DNA of 64,000 bases from Paraspadella gotoi (lineage: Eukaryota > Animalia > Chaetognatha), in the NCBI GenBank assembly GCA_051294375.1, contig CM119265.1, positions 9,308,772 through 9,372,771 on the forward strand, written 5' to 3'. A program made the translations under genes and the position numbers. The notes under the pieces were generated by a model. The model was not told where the DNA came from and searched no databases. It was given only the letters and a program-made list of their open reading frames with translations. Below are positions 52,192 to 64,000 of the stretch, in pieces; the first letter of the stretch is position 1; each line of letters starts with the position of its first letter.

Positions 52192-53690
52192 CACCCCAAT
52201 CGGTCAACGACTGCGGGATGATGAAGTCAAAAGGCGAAATTCGTGGTTCGACGATCACGAAGTTCATTCAGTCGATGGTGTCGAGGTGGGGGGGGGAATT
52301 TGAGGGGCAATGGGGAATCGTGGGGTGAAATAGGGCTAAAGCGAAAAGACGAATGGAAAGGTGATGGGGTGCATGGAGATAACGTTTAGTGGAAAGATCC
52401 CAAGAGTTGTGGGAGAGCTGGCAGTTGTGCCACAAGCAAGAAAGTCGAGAGAATAGCACAAAAAAAGAACTCGTCTAAAGTTAACTTGTTTAATATATGT
52501 TTTTAGGTATAGATTTTGCGGTATTGCTTGTATCAATTTCAAAGGCTTAGAACAATATCGATTGCAAGGGATCACACCTGAAAAAACTTTCGTTGATGGT
52601 AGATTGGTCTCCATCACTGTCAGTCTCAGTGTCAGCGTCATTGTCACCGAAAGTATTCCCGTCTGGTGTGGGAAGTCTCTCTCTCTCTCGCCAGTCTATT
52701 GAGAAGCTTCTCGTACAGCCCTTCCGACGCGGCGGCGCGTAGAGCAGGGAGCTACGCCGACGGGGGGTTGGGAGAGGAGAGGGGGTGTCCGGCGAGGCTG
52801 AATCGGATGACGTCAGCGGAGGGGGTCGAGGTCGCCCTCGTCACGGGTTCACGACTTCGTCCAAAGTGTCCGTGAGTTTGTTAGTACGTGAATCTGTGAG
52901 TCCGTGTGAGTTGTGAGATAAGAAAACAATGAGTTTATCGATAAAAGTCGAAGTAAGGAAGAGAAACGTGAAGCGATAACGCGGACAGCGATGTACGAGG
53001 GAGATATCGGCTTTTTGGTGAGATGAGGATGAAGATGACCGGGGTAAAGGAGGGCGTAGGTTCGACGGCGCCACGATGACTGGAGAATCGAAGATAAGAG
53101 TCAAAACATGAGATTGAGTGACTAGACAAGGTAAATACTATATTAAAGCTTTTTTAACATCAAATTATAAAAACTTCGAAGCTTGAAAGTCACAAGATTC
53201 TTACAGCAAAGTTTTCAGATTTCTCCAACCCTCTAGTGACGCCATGACTTTGATTCTCTTTGCGCCAAATCCGATACTTCTCGTGTCTAATGACGTCAAT
53301 GGACAGATTTTGCAATTTTATTGTTTGTAAAGAGTTTGACTTCCGGAGTTTGAAACGCCATGTGTCGTCGGCGTCGTCGTCCTTTATCGCCTCGGCGCCA
53401 AAACGTGTCATCACATCATAACCGTCATCGATGGCGCCAAACCCTGTCGTCGTCGTCAACGTCGTCGTTATCGTCGTTATCGTCGAACCCTAGCGGAACG
53501 GAGATCGACGACGTGACGTCTGAGTTTCCATGGGCGACCCGCTGCCGACCCAAGGACGAAAGATTTCTTATCTTTTCGGGACGAAGGATTTTCTCTCTCT
53601 CTCTCTCTCTCTGCTTTCTCGCCGGGGTCGGTTCTAATCGCCGCCGGCATCGGTCGAGAGGACAGTCAGCGGTGCGACGGTGAGAGAGAA

Positions 53691-54094
<404 letters not shown>

Positions 54095-55224
54095 AACCAT
54101 GATTAATTGGCAAGCTCGTTGAATTGAGTCAATGAGACAAAACTGAAAGTGGCGACAAGACAAGATATTTAAAAAAAGGAAAGGTCGATGACTAAAAACA
54201 CAAAACGGAACTAACGTAACGGCGGGTTCTGTATCAGCTATGACTCGAGCCCAGTTTTATCTTTTGTCAACCATTACATTTCGAGGAATCACAATCACGC
54301 GATGTCACGTGTTCACGACTGTGAGCAACTCTCACATCTTTAGGGGGGAAAATAATCGTCAAAGAACGAGAATTCTCGTCGTTACGGTCTTCGTTCCAAG
54401 ATGTTCACAAAACAGTTTCCGCGGCGTAATTGGTTCTCTCGATGTTAATGTCGAAAACGCGACAAGACGACAACTCCGGACCTCGATCTCCGATTGGTCT
54501 CCCGGATCATCTCTGATTGGTCGAATCCCGAATCCCCCCGCTGAACTTTTTATTGAACCAAAAACAAAAATGGAAAAGAGAAAAAAAATCTTTTTTTTAT
54601 TTACCAGCAAAAGCGAATTCCTTCACTGGGTAGTGGGTACACCCCTACAAAACAAATCGGGTACAAGATTTTAAAAACTTTTAAGTGTTAATTTTAAATA
54701 TAAAATAAAGTAATTAGATGTACCTGAATTTAAAAAAAAAACAACAAATATTGACACAAAATAAATAATATTAATCCTTTGTCTTTTAAATCTTGTTAAC
54801 ATCACAAATGTGTGGTTAGGCATTTAACTATTTATTTTAATTTAAAGATTTTTCGGTACCAAAGATCGACCATTTATTTGCAAAAATGCTAGTGGGTTTT
54901 GTTCCCTGGTTCCGCTCAATTGATTCAATGATTCATCCAGCGAATCATTCTCGTCATCAAAAATCAATTTGAAATAAAGACTCAATCACAATCAAATCCC
55001 ACTCACAAAAAAAGTGTATACATTCTAGTAGGTTAAATAAATTCTTATAATAGAGCAAAGAACGAAAAAAAGGCGCGTGTCGAATGCGTCAAACTGACCG
55101 AATCGAATAAACCAAGTTCCAACGTCTCATAACAAAAACACACAAAAAAAAAACACACAAAAGGAAATAATCTCAAATAAAACAAAACCAAAACAAAAAT
55201 AAACAGAAAAACCAAAAAATCGCG

Positions 55225-57267
55225 ATGGCCGCCTTTAACTTTACGCCCGAATCCCTCGACATCCCTTCTCCGATCATCTCGACGGGCGACTCCAAACACT
55301 ACCAGCCCATGTGCGCCGTCAACTACTCGGCTTCGGTGACGGAGAGCTTCGCCTTCAAGTTGATCCCGGGGACGACGCTGTCCATCGTCTCTGTCTTTCT
55401 CAACGTCGTCGTCATCAGGGTCTTCGGGATTCTCGGGTGCGGTTCGTCGATTAAATTAAGACTAATTTTAACAATTAATAGATCTCAGAATCGAGATGCG
55501 AACTTTTCATACAGAAATTCATGGATTACATTTAGCTGTACAATGTAGATAGATGTACAATCGAGTGTACAATGTATATGTGGATTTCATTGGGGAAGTC
55601 ATTTAATATTACGCACGCCATTGAAACAGTAAATGAAAGTATGGCAGTCTAGATATTGCGTGTGTATGTTTACAAACGACTCAATTAAACGCAAACATTG
55701 TGGCGGTATATTCACACCGCCTTACGTCCACCATCGTTCAACTAATAGTAATACCATTGGCTCAGAGGGGGAACACACAATCCCAGGCGTTGTGTTCTAT
55801 CCACAGTCCTAACGATTTTCCCCCTGTGTTGGCAAAGCGAGTCCCCAAAGCCAACAGCGAGATGCACTATCCCAATGGGCGTCACAGGCAACCAGGCTGT
55901 TACCATAACATTCTCAGTTTTCTCATTTTTCAGGAAGGCGACGAAACGTTCGAACCGAGCCTCCATTAATTTCATCGTAAGTCTCTTCGATAAAAAATTA
56001 GGCTTGATTAAGCTTTCATCGAGCTTTTTAGCTTTTTGATTTCCTCTGAGGTCGCATTCTCACCATGAACCCTTCTACCCATATAATCATTTTCAGGTCC
56101 TCGCGTATACCGACATCTTAGTGGGCGTGGCCTTCGCCGTCGCTCAGTTCCACGCGATGACTTTCCAAAGTTACGAAGATCGAATCCTCAGCTTCGCCAA
56201 AGAACCGATTTGTCGCCAGAACAGAACCCATTTTCTTCATTTGCTCTTCACTGTTTACGAGACGAGCGCGCGGAGCGGTCACGCTATCAAGGGCTACTCT
56301 CTCGTCAAATACATTTTCGAACTAATTAACAGGTTGTTGAGTTTAGTTGTGGCTGTTTTTGCATCCAATCGAGTATTCTCAAAAAAATTTTCAATTTGAA
56401 CAATGCGATAGTAAAAATTTGAAACGTATTTTCTTTAGCTATGAATAATAAAATTTACATTTTTTGTTCTCACGCGATTGCTTGCAAATGTTGAATTGAA
56501 ATTTAATTTAATTTAATTTACTCACTGACATATAAATATAAAATTAATTCGCTAAACTAAATCGTCTCCAGTCTCCTTTCTAACACCTCTCTCATTCCTT
56601 CATTACTTTCAGATTCTCGAACACCTACCTCGCCATCGATCGAACCCTGATGCTCTGCTTTCCTCTCGGCTACGGCCTCCAGAAACAGCGGACAAGCGAC
56701 TCCAAGTCCGTGCGAGAGTTTGTCCTTAAGGCGGTCGTCCCCGCCGTTGTCGTCAGCATCGTCCTCATCGTTATCCTCGGTACGACGTCTCGTCTCTCCT
56801 TCGTGTACGAACTATACTTAATGATGGTGGCGGCGCTGGTGGTGCCGCTGCCGCCGATGATCGTCTCCGCCGTCGTCATCAGCTGGAAGTCGCGGCGCGC
56901 CCGCGGTGGATGCTGCGGCTCGCCGTCGCGCCAGCGTCCGTCCCTGCTTCTCGAGCAGCTCGACAACATGTCTCAGCTGACGGCTGCCGTCGTCGTTTGC
57001 TTCCTGCTGCTGGAGCTTCCCAACTTTTTCTTCCAAGGCGGCCTCTGGCTAGGGCTTCACGCGGTGAGCCAGGCTAGCTCGCCCCACTACTTTCTCTTCG
57101 GCCACTTGCAGCACGTGAGTCGGATGGCTTCATCCTTCGTCAATTTCTTCATCTTCTTCTTTATGTCGACGCCTTTCAGGACGACGGCGTTGGGAGTGTG
57201 CCGTTGTTGGGGAGGCAAGGAGAGGAAAGGGAGTGGAGAGGAGAAAGTCAGGATGGACTTTAATTAA
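55225..57267 (+). CDS. Divergent rhodopsin-like (class A) 7TM GPCR, orphan peptide/chemoreceptor-like, 4 exons, ~381 aa
   Basis: Phase-consistent GT-AG exons 55225-55436, 55934-55976, 56097-56332, 56613-57267 (1146 nt). TM1 SVFLNVVVI, TM2 VLAYTDILVG, TM3 end LAIDRTLMLCFPL (DRY variant), TM6 VVCFLLLELPNFF, TM7 ASSFVNFFIFFFMSTPFR. Confidence 0.85.
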
Positions 57268-58726
57268 ATCGCGGCATAACTTTTCATTGGTTATATGCGT
57301 CGTCGTCTATGATGTTATTGTCGTCCGAATTCTCATTTCTATATCCTTTTATTGTTATTGTATGATGATTTTTTTCAGGAAGACATTTGCCGCTTGAGAT
57401 ATTTTCTGTTTATAGTTTTAGTTTTACAGGGGGATATAAATTTACGGGAATCCTTTGAAGTGTACTCATTGCTTGCGCTATTACGAAATTGACAAAAATA
57501 TAAAAAGCTCAAAATTTTCTTCATTAAATATCGTAATGTGGACGACGAGCTGACTTTGCATACTATCAAGGAAAAAAGTATATAACAAAATTCATTTATT
57601 CAATAAAAAGTTTTCAAAATATGTGTAAAACATTCTTAATATTTGGTATACTTTTCCTCGGCATCGAATACTGCCTGCATTCTTCTGGGCATGTTCTCGT
57701 ACAGCGAATTGAGGTTTGACAGTAAAATATTTTTCCACATTCTTTTCAGTCCCAATGTTAATGTTGCGCGTCTTTCCTTCTTTTTTAAAAGCTACAATAG
57801 CTCTTTTTTGAACCAAAAAAAGGTGCAAGGCATTTAGTATTGACAAATTTAAAAAAATTAAAAAATAACTAATTTTATTCAAAATAAAAACAAATTACTA
57901 AATACTAAAAATAATGGAAAATTAAATATAATTTTTTTTTAAATTTTTTTATTTAAAGTAATAATATTTTTTGTCCGTAACTTCTAAAAGATTTGACCTA
58001 CAAAAAAATAGAAGGAAGCTACTGAAAAAAAATTCAATGTAGATTCAGAAACATTTTGATTTTTTTTAAATCAAATAAGTTTTCGAATAGATATCCTTTA
58101 TTAAAAATATGATATACTTTTTTTCCTAGATAGTAAAATCGGCTCGTTTTAAAATTGTTATGTCTGCGTGTCTGAAACGAACTTAAAACTCCACAGGGAT
58201 TATTATTACTGTTCGTGTTTAATGTTAATCACTTTCGAAAACTACCGTTAAAATCTATAAAAAAAAAAATCATTAGTTTTCTAGACGTTAGATTATTTTC
58301 ACTAATTGCAACCAAATTACCAATGGTAATGCGGTTCGAAAGTGTGGAATTGCTCTTTTGATGAGGCGATTTTAGTAAATGACTCGAAAGATCGCGCGTC
58401 GTCCCGAAAAAAAGAGTGACGAAAAAAAGAGCAACATCATGAATTTCCTGTTATTTTCTTATCAGCTCGTTAAACAAGAAAAGTCGTGGTAAAAAAAGCG
58501 GGTTCCTCCTTATTGCCGTCTCCCGTCGTCGGACTCGCTGCGACAAATGCATATCGTTCTCCTTTGCCAAAACGTGTTTTAGCTCAATCAAGAACAACAA
58601 GAATGAGGAGATTTCGCCCAAAACCTTTGACGATTCGATTGTAGTAGAATGAAAACAACTGAAATAGATTGTCGTCCGCGAAAGAAATTAAATCTTTAGT
58701 CACGATATAACAGCAATAAAGCAATC

Positions 58727-61635
58727 ATGTTCAACTTTATGAGAAAAGACCCCCACGTCGGGAAAGAGGACAAGAAGAAGAAAAAGGACGGAGAAAAGAA
58801 GCCCGTGAAAAAATACACTCCGAAGGAGCCTCTGACCCCGGAGGAGCTGGCCCGGCTGGAGCAAACCCGGCAGGGGCTTTTTGCCCAACGACCCGAAGGT
58901 GACACGGAATCGAGCCAATCCTCGCTGACGCCGTCCCTCTCTTCTTCCGAAAGCCAACAGTCGCTCAACGCCCCCGCCTCGTCGACGTCGATGGCGCCGC
59001 CCCTCGCCCGAAGGACGAGCAAGGAATACGTGAGCAAGACGGGGGCTTTGGAAAGAGGAAGAGGACTGAAGGGACCTTCGATAGACTCTGGCGGCGGCAG
59101 CATCGGCGGCGCAGTCCGTCCCAACCGTGGAATCCTCAAGGGGAACAGCAAATACGGACCATCGATTCCCAACCAAGGCGTTAGCGATGACATCGACGAC
59201 GACGCCACGCTTTACGTCAATACCAACGTCAACGAACTTATCGCCGCCGGGGAACCCGCCGCCATCGCCGCGGCCGCAGCCGCCGCCAAGCAGACTCACT
59301 CCAACTCCCCGTCGCCGTTGATGAGCGGACCCATCTCCGCCAAAAGAGGCTCCACCATCTCCAACTTGTCGGCGAACAGCAACGCGTCCGTTTCTGCGAC
59401 GAAACCATCGAGGGATGTCGCTCCCGATCTTCGGGTAAATCGTTAATGGTCAAATTTTTTACTCTAAAATTTGCATTTCTTCAGTGTCAAAAACGGGGGA
59501 AAAAAGGTCAAAATTTTCTACTTTTTTAATCCGTAAAAACTGTTTTAACTGTTATAATTTCATAAAATTTAGCTCCTTGTAATTTGATGCTGGGTGGAGT
59601 ACAATAAAGTATTCCCCGATATAATACTTAAGGGAGTGGTCTTTTCATACAATTGAAACATTCTTTAAAATATTAAACCACTTCATTGATAGGGAAGCCA
59701 GGTACTCTGGGAGTGATTAAACGAGACTGTGAAAGAAAGCTTGCAGGGACCTGCTATGTTATTATCTTGTAAGAGTGACGGAGACCTTAAACCACCAAAG
59801 TCAGGGCAATATAGCTTTAATAATAAATTATCATATAACATATTTTATAATAGTTTTTTTTTGACAAATTCGTATGTGTTGTTAATGTTAAAAAAATCTT
59901 TTTAAAATTTTATGAGTTCACAAGGATATTATTAAAGAACATGAGTTTTTTTTTTAATTACGTATACAGAGGCAGCAAAAAAATATTTTTAACTTGCTTA
60001 ATATTTTCATCACTCCACCCTACTATACACATATCTAGTTTCTACAGATATAATTGATAGAAAAAGGCGGAAATTTTCTAATTGTCCTTCCCTAAATCTC
60101 TCAGCCGACAGAGAAGATCTTCGGCCACGCCCACCTCCCTCTTCCTCCGCTGGAGCCGGCGTTGCCCCCGTCGGCGCGCTCCGTCGTCCTCTCGCGGTCG
60201 CCGAAGGGAGATTTCGGATTTTCTCTGCGTCGATCAGTCGTCGTCGATCGCCACGCCCTCGGTGAGGAGTGGGGGATCGCGAAGGGAATTTGGGGGAAAT
60301 AAGAGGGAAGAAAATGAGGACTTCGGTGTATTCACATGTAGACATAATCGAATAAATAAATAAATTAATGAATGTATATTTGGTTTTTGCTCAACATACA
60401 AGTTTTTGTCGTATTTCGTTCACTTCTGTCACTTAAGACCATAGGGGCGTTTATTTTTCCGTTATTTTCCTTGACAACCCAGTGACTGGAATTGCGCCGC
60501 CACCGACAGCGGATTCCGATTAATCGAATTAACCGGGATATGCGAGAGAACTGTCGGCGATAAATTTTGGGGTGGCAAAAACGACGGATAATATATGAGT
60601 GTCGACTGATCTTAAAGCTGTTGGTGCAATTGTTAACTAAGACGTATTTGTAATGATAAATACCGTTTAATGGTTATTTCTACCATTGTCAAAAAATAGT
60701 AGTTCCCAATCTATCTTCCCCTGTCCCCCCCCATTTTCAGACTCGACGGCGAAGAAGAACGTGATCTTCGCGGAACCCCTAACGGTCGGAAAGGGAAACC
60801 AGACGGGGCTCTTGCCCGGCGATCGACTCGTCAGCGTCAACGGCGTCAACGTGGAGGCCGCGTCGAGGGAGGAGATCATCGAGTTGATCAGGTCTGAGAT
60901 TGAGGCGGGAAGATTTATTAGGATTCGAAGGGATTTATCACTAGAAAATGAGAAGCGATAAACACGATCGGATAGAGATCCGGCGTCGATTCTATTAAAA
61001 CGAGAATATAGAGTCGTAGACCGATCTTCGGAAAAATTGGATAAGAAAATTTAACCTCAAAGGTTTATAAGATTGGTGAAAGATATATCTTTTCTCCGAA
61101 CTTTTCTGTCATTTTCTTTCATCTTTTTTTTTCCCTCAAGACGCTAATCGAATTGCTTTTATTACGCTTAGTTTTTTAAGAAAAAGAAATGAAAAAAAAA
61201 AGCTGAGTAAGATTTAACGAGAGAGAAAGAATCCGGGTCCTTTACCCCTGAAATTCTGCGGCGTTTTGTGCTTCCCCCCCTCTTCCCTTTTTCTTAATGA
61301 AGCCGCCGCCGTCGACGAGACACTCGAAAAACTCGCATTTGCGTCTTCCGCGGAGAAAACATATTTTTCGCGGAATGCTCGGAGCGAGAACCGAGTAAAG
61401 ATGTAGATTGTGCCCCAGTTTTGGAAAAACCCCGACTCGATTGTCGGAGAGGCATCTCTGAGATTTCTCCCGTCGATCGTCACTTTTTCGTCGTCGTCGT
61501 GGTAATTTCTTTTTCCGACGAGTCACGCCATCTGTTCGCGCTCGCTGGTTTTCAAATCTGTTCCCTCCGCCCCCACACCACCCCCTATTTTCTAAAATTT
61601 TTCCCCTTTTTAACTTGAGTGATTCGTCGAGAGAG

Positions 61636-61674
<39 letters not shown>

Positions 61675-64000
61675 CCTCTTTTCACTTTTCGCATGACTTT
61701 TTTATTTTTACAGAGAATTTTAAAACAATTTTTCTATTAAAATTTTTTTATTTTTACTTTATCCTCGGGTTCTCTTGTCGCCTCTTTTCGAAACGGGCTT
61801 TTGTTTTTCTTCCGAAAGGATTCGACCCATTTTCACTTTTTCTTTTCTTTTTCTTTTCTTTTTCTTTTCTTTTTTTTTATCGACTACCACCCACGCTTTG
61901 TTTTTTCTTTCATCCTTTATTTTTACCACCCCTGTCTTCCTAAAATCCCGACCCTTCTCTCATTCCACGCTTTTTACGATCGACAGGAAATCGGGTCATT
62001 CATTGCAACTAACGGTGCAGCCAATTCTGGAGTTGAGCGAGTTGAGCAACCGCCAGTCCACAACAACAACGACGACGTCAAAAGGTTCGATGTTGTCCGT
62101 TCCCGACGGAGGCGGCGGCGACGCCGTCCGGCGAACCGGGACGCTACAGAGGACGAGCAGCTTTAGGTAAAAATGTCGCCGACCTTTGATGATTAAAAAA
62201 TAAACCTCGACGTTCGTTCGATGATTTTACATTTTTTTCTCTCCCACCCTTAAAAAAAAGAAATAAACCCGGATTCAAATCGGAATCCGAGTCTCAAGCG
62301 GACAAAAACTTTGCCGCCCAGAACCGCGTGTGGCTCGTTCACGCCGCCGGCTTCACCGCCGCCACTCGACTTGACTCCGGCGCCTCTGACGCCGCCGCCG
62401 TCTCTCTCCGTCTCGACGTCGGCGGTCAAACGCTCGAAGTCGAAGACGAAGACGTGGAGAAAATGAATGCGCCGTCGTTAGATCGCGTCGAGAACGTCGC
62501 CCTCCTACCCTTCCTCAACGAATCCTCCTTCATGCACACTCTGCGCCAGCGCTACGGCTCCAATCTGGTGCACACTTTCGCCGGCCCGCACCTTCTCGTC
62601 GTCAACCCCATGCACAGCCTTTCGGTCTACGCGGAGAAGGTGATGCAGCTGTTTCGCGGTTGCCGCAAGGAAGACCTGCCGCCGCACATCTACGCCACCG
62701 CGCAATCAGCTTACCGAGCGCTGTTGAAAACGAGGAAAGAACAGGTTGGTTGACGTGTAAGTTCTTTACCTCATATGTTTTTAGTAAATTTAAAATTTAA
62801 TTTCAATAATTTTCATTTTTATTTCTTATCAGTAATATTTTACCTAGCATACTTAATTTTCTAACTTTATTTTAAACGAATTACGTCAAACACTTCTTCT
62901 CTAGTCTATCGTCCTCCTCGGGCGTTCTGGATCGGGCAAGACCTCGTCCGCGCGTCACGTGATCCACTTTCTCACCGCCGTCGCCGGCGCCGTCAACAAC
63001 GTCCTCAACGTCGAGAAGCTCAACGCGTTGTCGACTTTGCTCGAGGCGTTCGGCAACACTCGCACCACCATGAACACCAACGCCACTCGGTTCTCACAAC
63101 TCACCACGCTGGAGTTTGACTACAGGTGCAAAATTCTTTGTGCGTTTCGTTATGAACCTTCTTTGTTATGTTTTTTTATTTTATATTATCTATCTCTCCA
63201 TGTTTTCTTCCCGTCATTTTCAGCGGCCAAGTCGTAGGCGCTTCCATCCAAATCTTCCTCCTAGAAAAGTCTAGAGTCTGTCGTCGACCGGATGGAGAAC
63301 CCACTTTCCACGTCTTCTATCATCTACTTGCCGGTTGCGATCCCGAAGTGCGCGCCGAACTGCAGTTGCAGAATCTAAGCGAACCTAATCTGTTTATGAC
63401 GTCGCCGCAAAAGCCGGAGGATAAGCAGGTTCGAAAAAGGGTTCTATTGTGTACTTGTATATTGTATATGTGTATATGTGTATAACACATAAGATTTAAC
63501 TTAAGTTTTCGTGTACAAAGCAGAGAGTTTTAATTTTTAAGGTAACCGACTTTTTGTCGTCATTTTTTAGAGGGCTTCAACTATTTGGGAGCGAATCACG
63601 AAAGCCATGGAAACGTTGGGCATCAAAAAGGAAGAGGCGCGCGCCATCTGGTGCGTATTGGGTGCCATCTATCATCTCGGTTGTGCCGGCGCCACCAAAG
63701 GCACAAGCGCTGGTTCCAATCGGCCTCAATTTGCTAAACCGGCGCCGGCTCAGCGCGCAGCCGCTCTGTTAGGCACATCAATCGACGACCTGGGTCGCGC
63801 CATTTTCGCGCCGCACACGCACCACGCCTCCGCCAACAACTCCCTCTCCCCTCGTTCCCCGGCCTCGCTCTCTCGTTCCTTGACTCCATCTCACTCGCCT
63901 TCGGGCACGCTTGACCGCGGATCACAGATGCAGGCAAATACCTCCTCGGCGGCGATGGAGATGCTAGAGGGGTTCGTCATAGGGTTGTATGCTGAGGCCT
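58727..64000 (+). CDS. MYO18A: Unconventional myosin XVIII (KE-rich N-terminus, PDZ, motor domain); continues past the window end
   Basis: Phase-consistent exons 58727-59434, 60105-60261, 60741-60891, 61987-62166, 62261-62744, 62905-63125, 63224-63428, 63571->64000. N-terminus [17 protein letters not shown]; [12 protein letters not shown]...FAEP...[13 protein letters not shown]; motor [28 protein letters not shown]-loop [29 protein letters not shown]. Confidence 0.95.
59640..59830 (+). repeat. Interspersed repeat family A, copy 3 (myosin XVIII intron 1)
   Basis: AATTGAAACATTCTTT...CCACTTCATTGATAGGGAAGCCAGGTACTCTGGGAGTG...CCAAAGTCAGGGCAA matches 50120-50310 reversed and 17410-17450. Confidence 0.8.

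Noticed and set aside
60440-60600. Weak inverted similarity suggesting a decayed MITE in myosin intron 2
   Set aside because: Arms too divergent and no TSD identified.

Overview
Gappy eukaryotic (metazoan, probably invertebrate) scaffold, rich in GA/CT and GTC microsatellites. The window opens in a ~144-bp satellite array (1-~3.8 kb) that shows higher-order structure and ends at a possible hAT-like terminus. Protein-coding genes I can support: an intronless NRARP-like ankyrin gene with a long Ser/Pro tail (41.5-42.4 kb, +) and several Su(H)/CSL motifs upstream; a 12-exon ORP9/OSBPL9-like oxysterol-binding protein gene (46.0-51.1 kb, -) with an FFAT-like motif, no visible PH domain and one GC-AG intron; a divergent 4-exon class A GPCR (55.2-57.3 kb, +); the 5' part of a PDZ-containing myosin XVIII (58.7 kb to window end, +); and an orphan single-exon ORF with signal peptide, furin site and GPI-like tail (13.1-13.6 kb, +). 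The 21-27 kb inverted/mosaic duplication and the 32.8-38.4 kb tandem duplication are bounded by 25-N gaps and look like long-read gap-filling artefacts. I found no convincing wholly new multi-gene system. The best leads are the orphan proprotein, the extended NRARP with its CSL motifs, the odd GPCR and the possibly transposon-borne satellite. All homology calls are from recognition of motifs; no database search was run.
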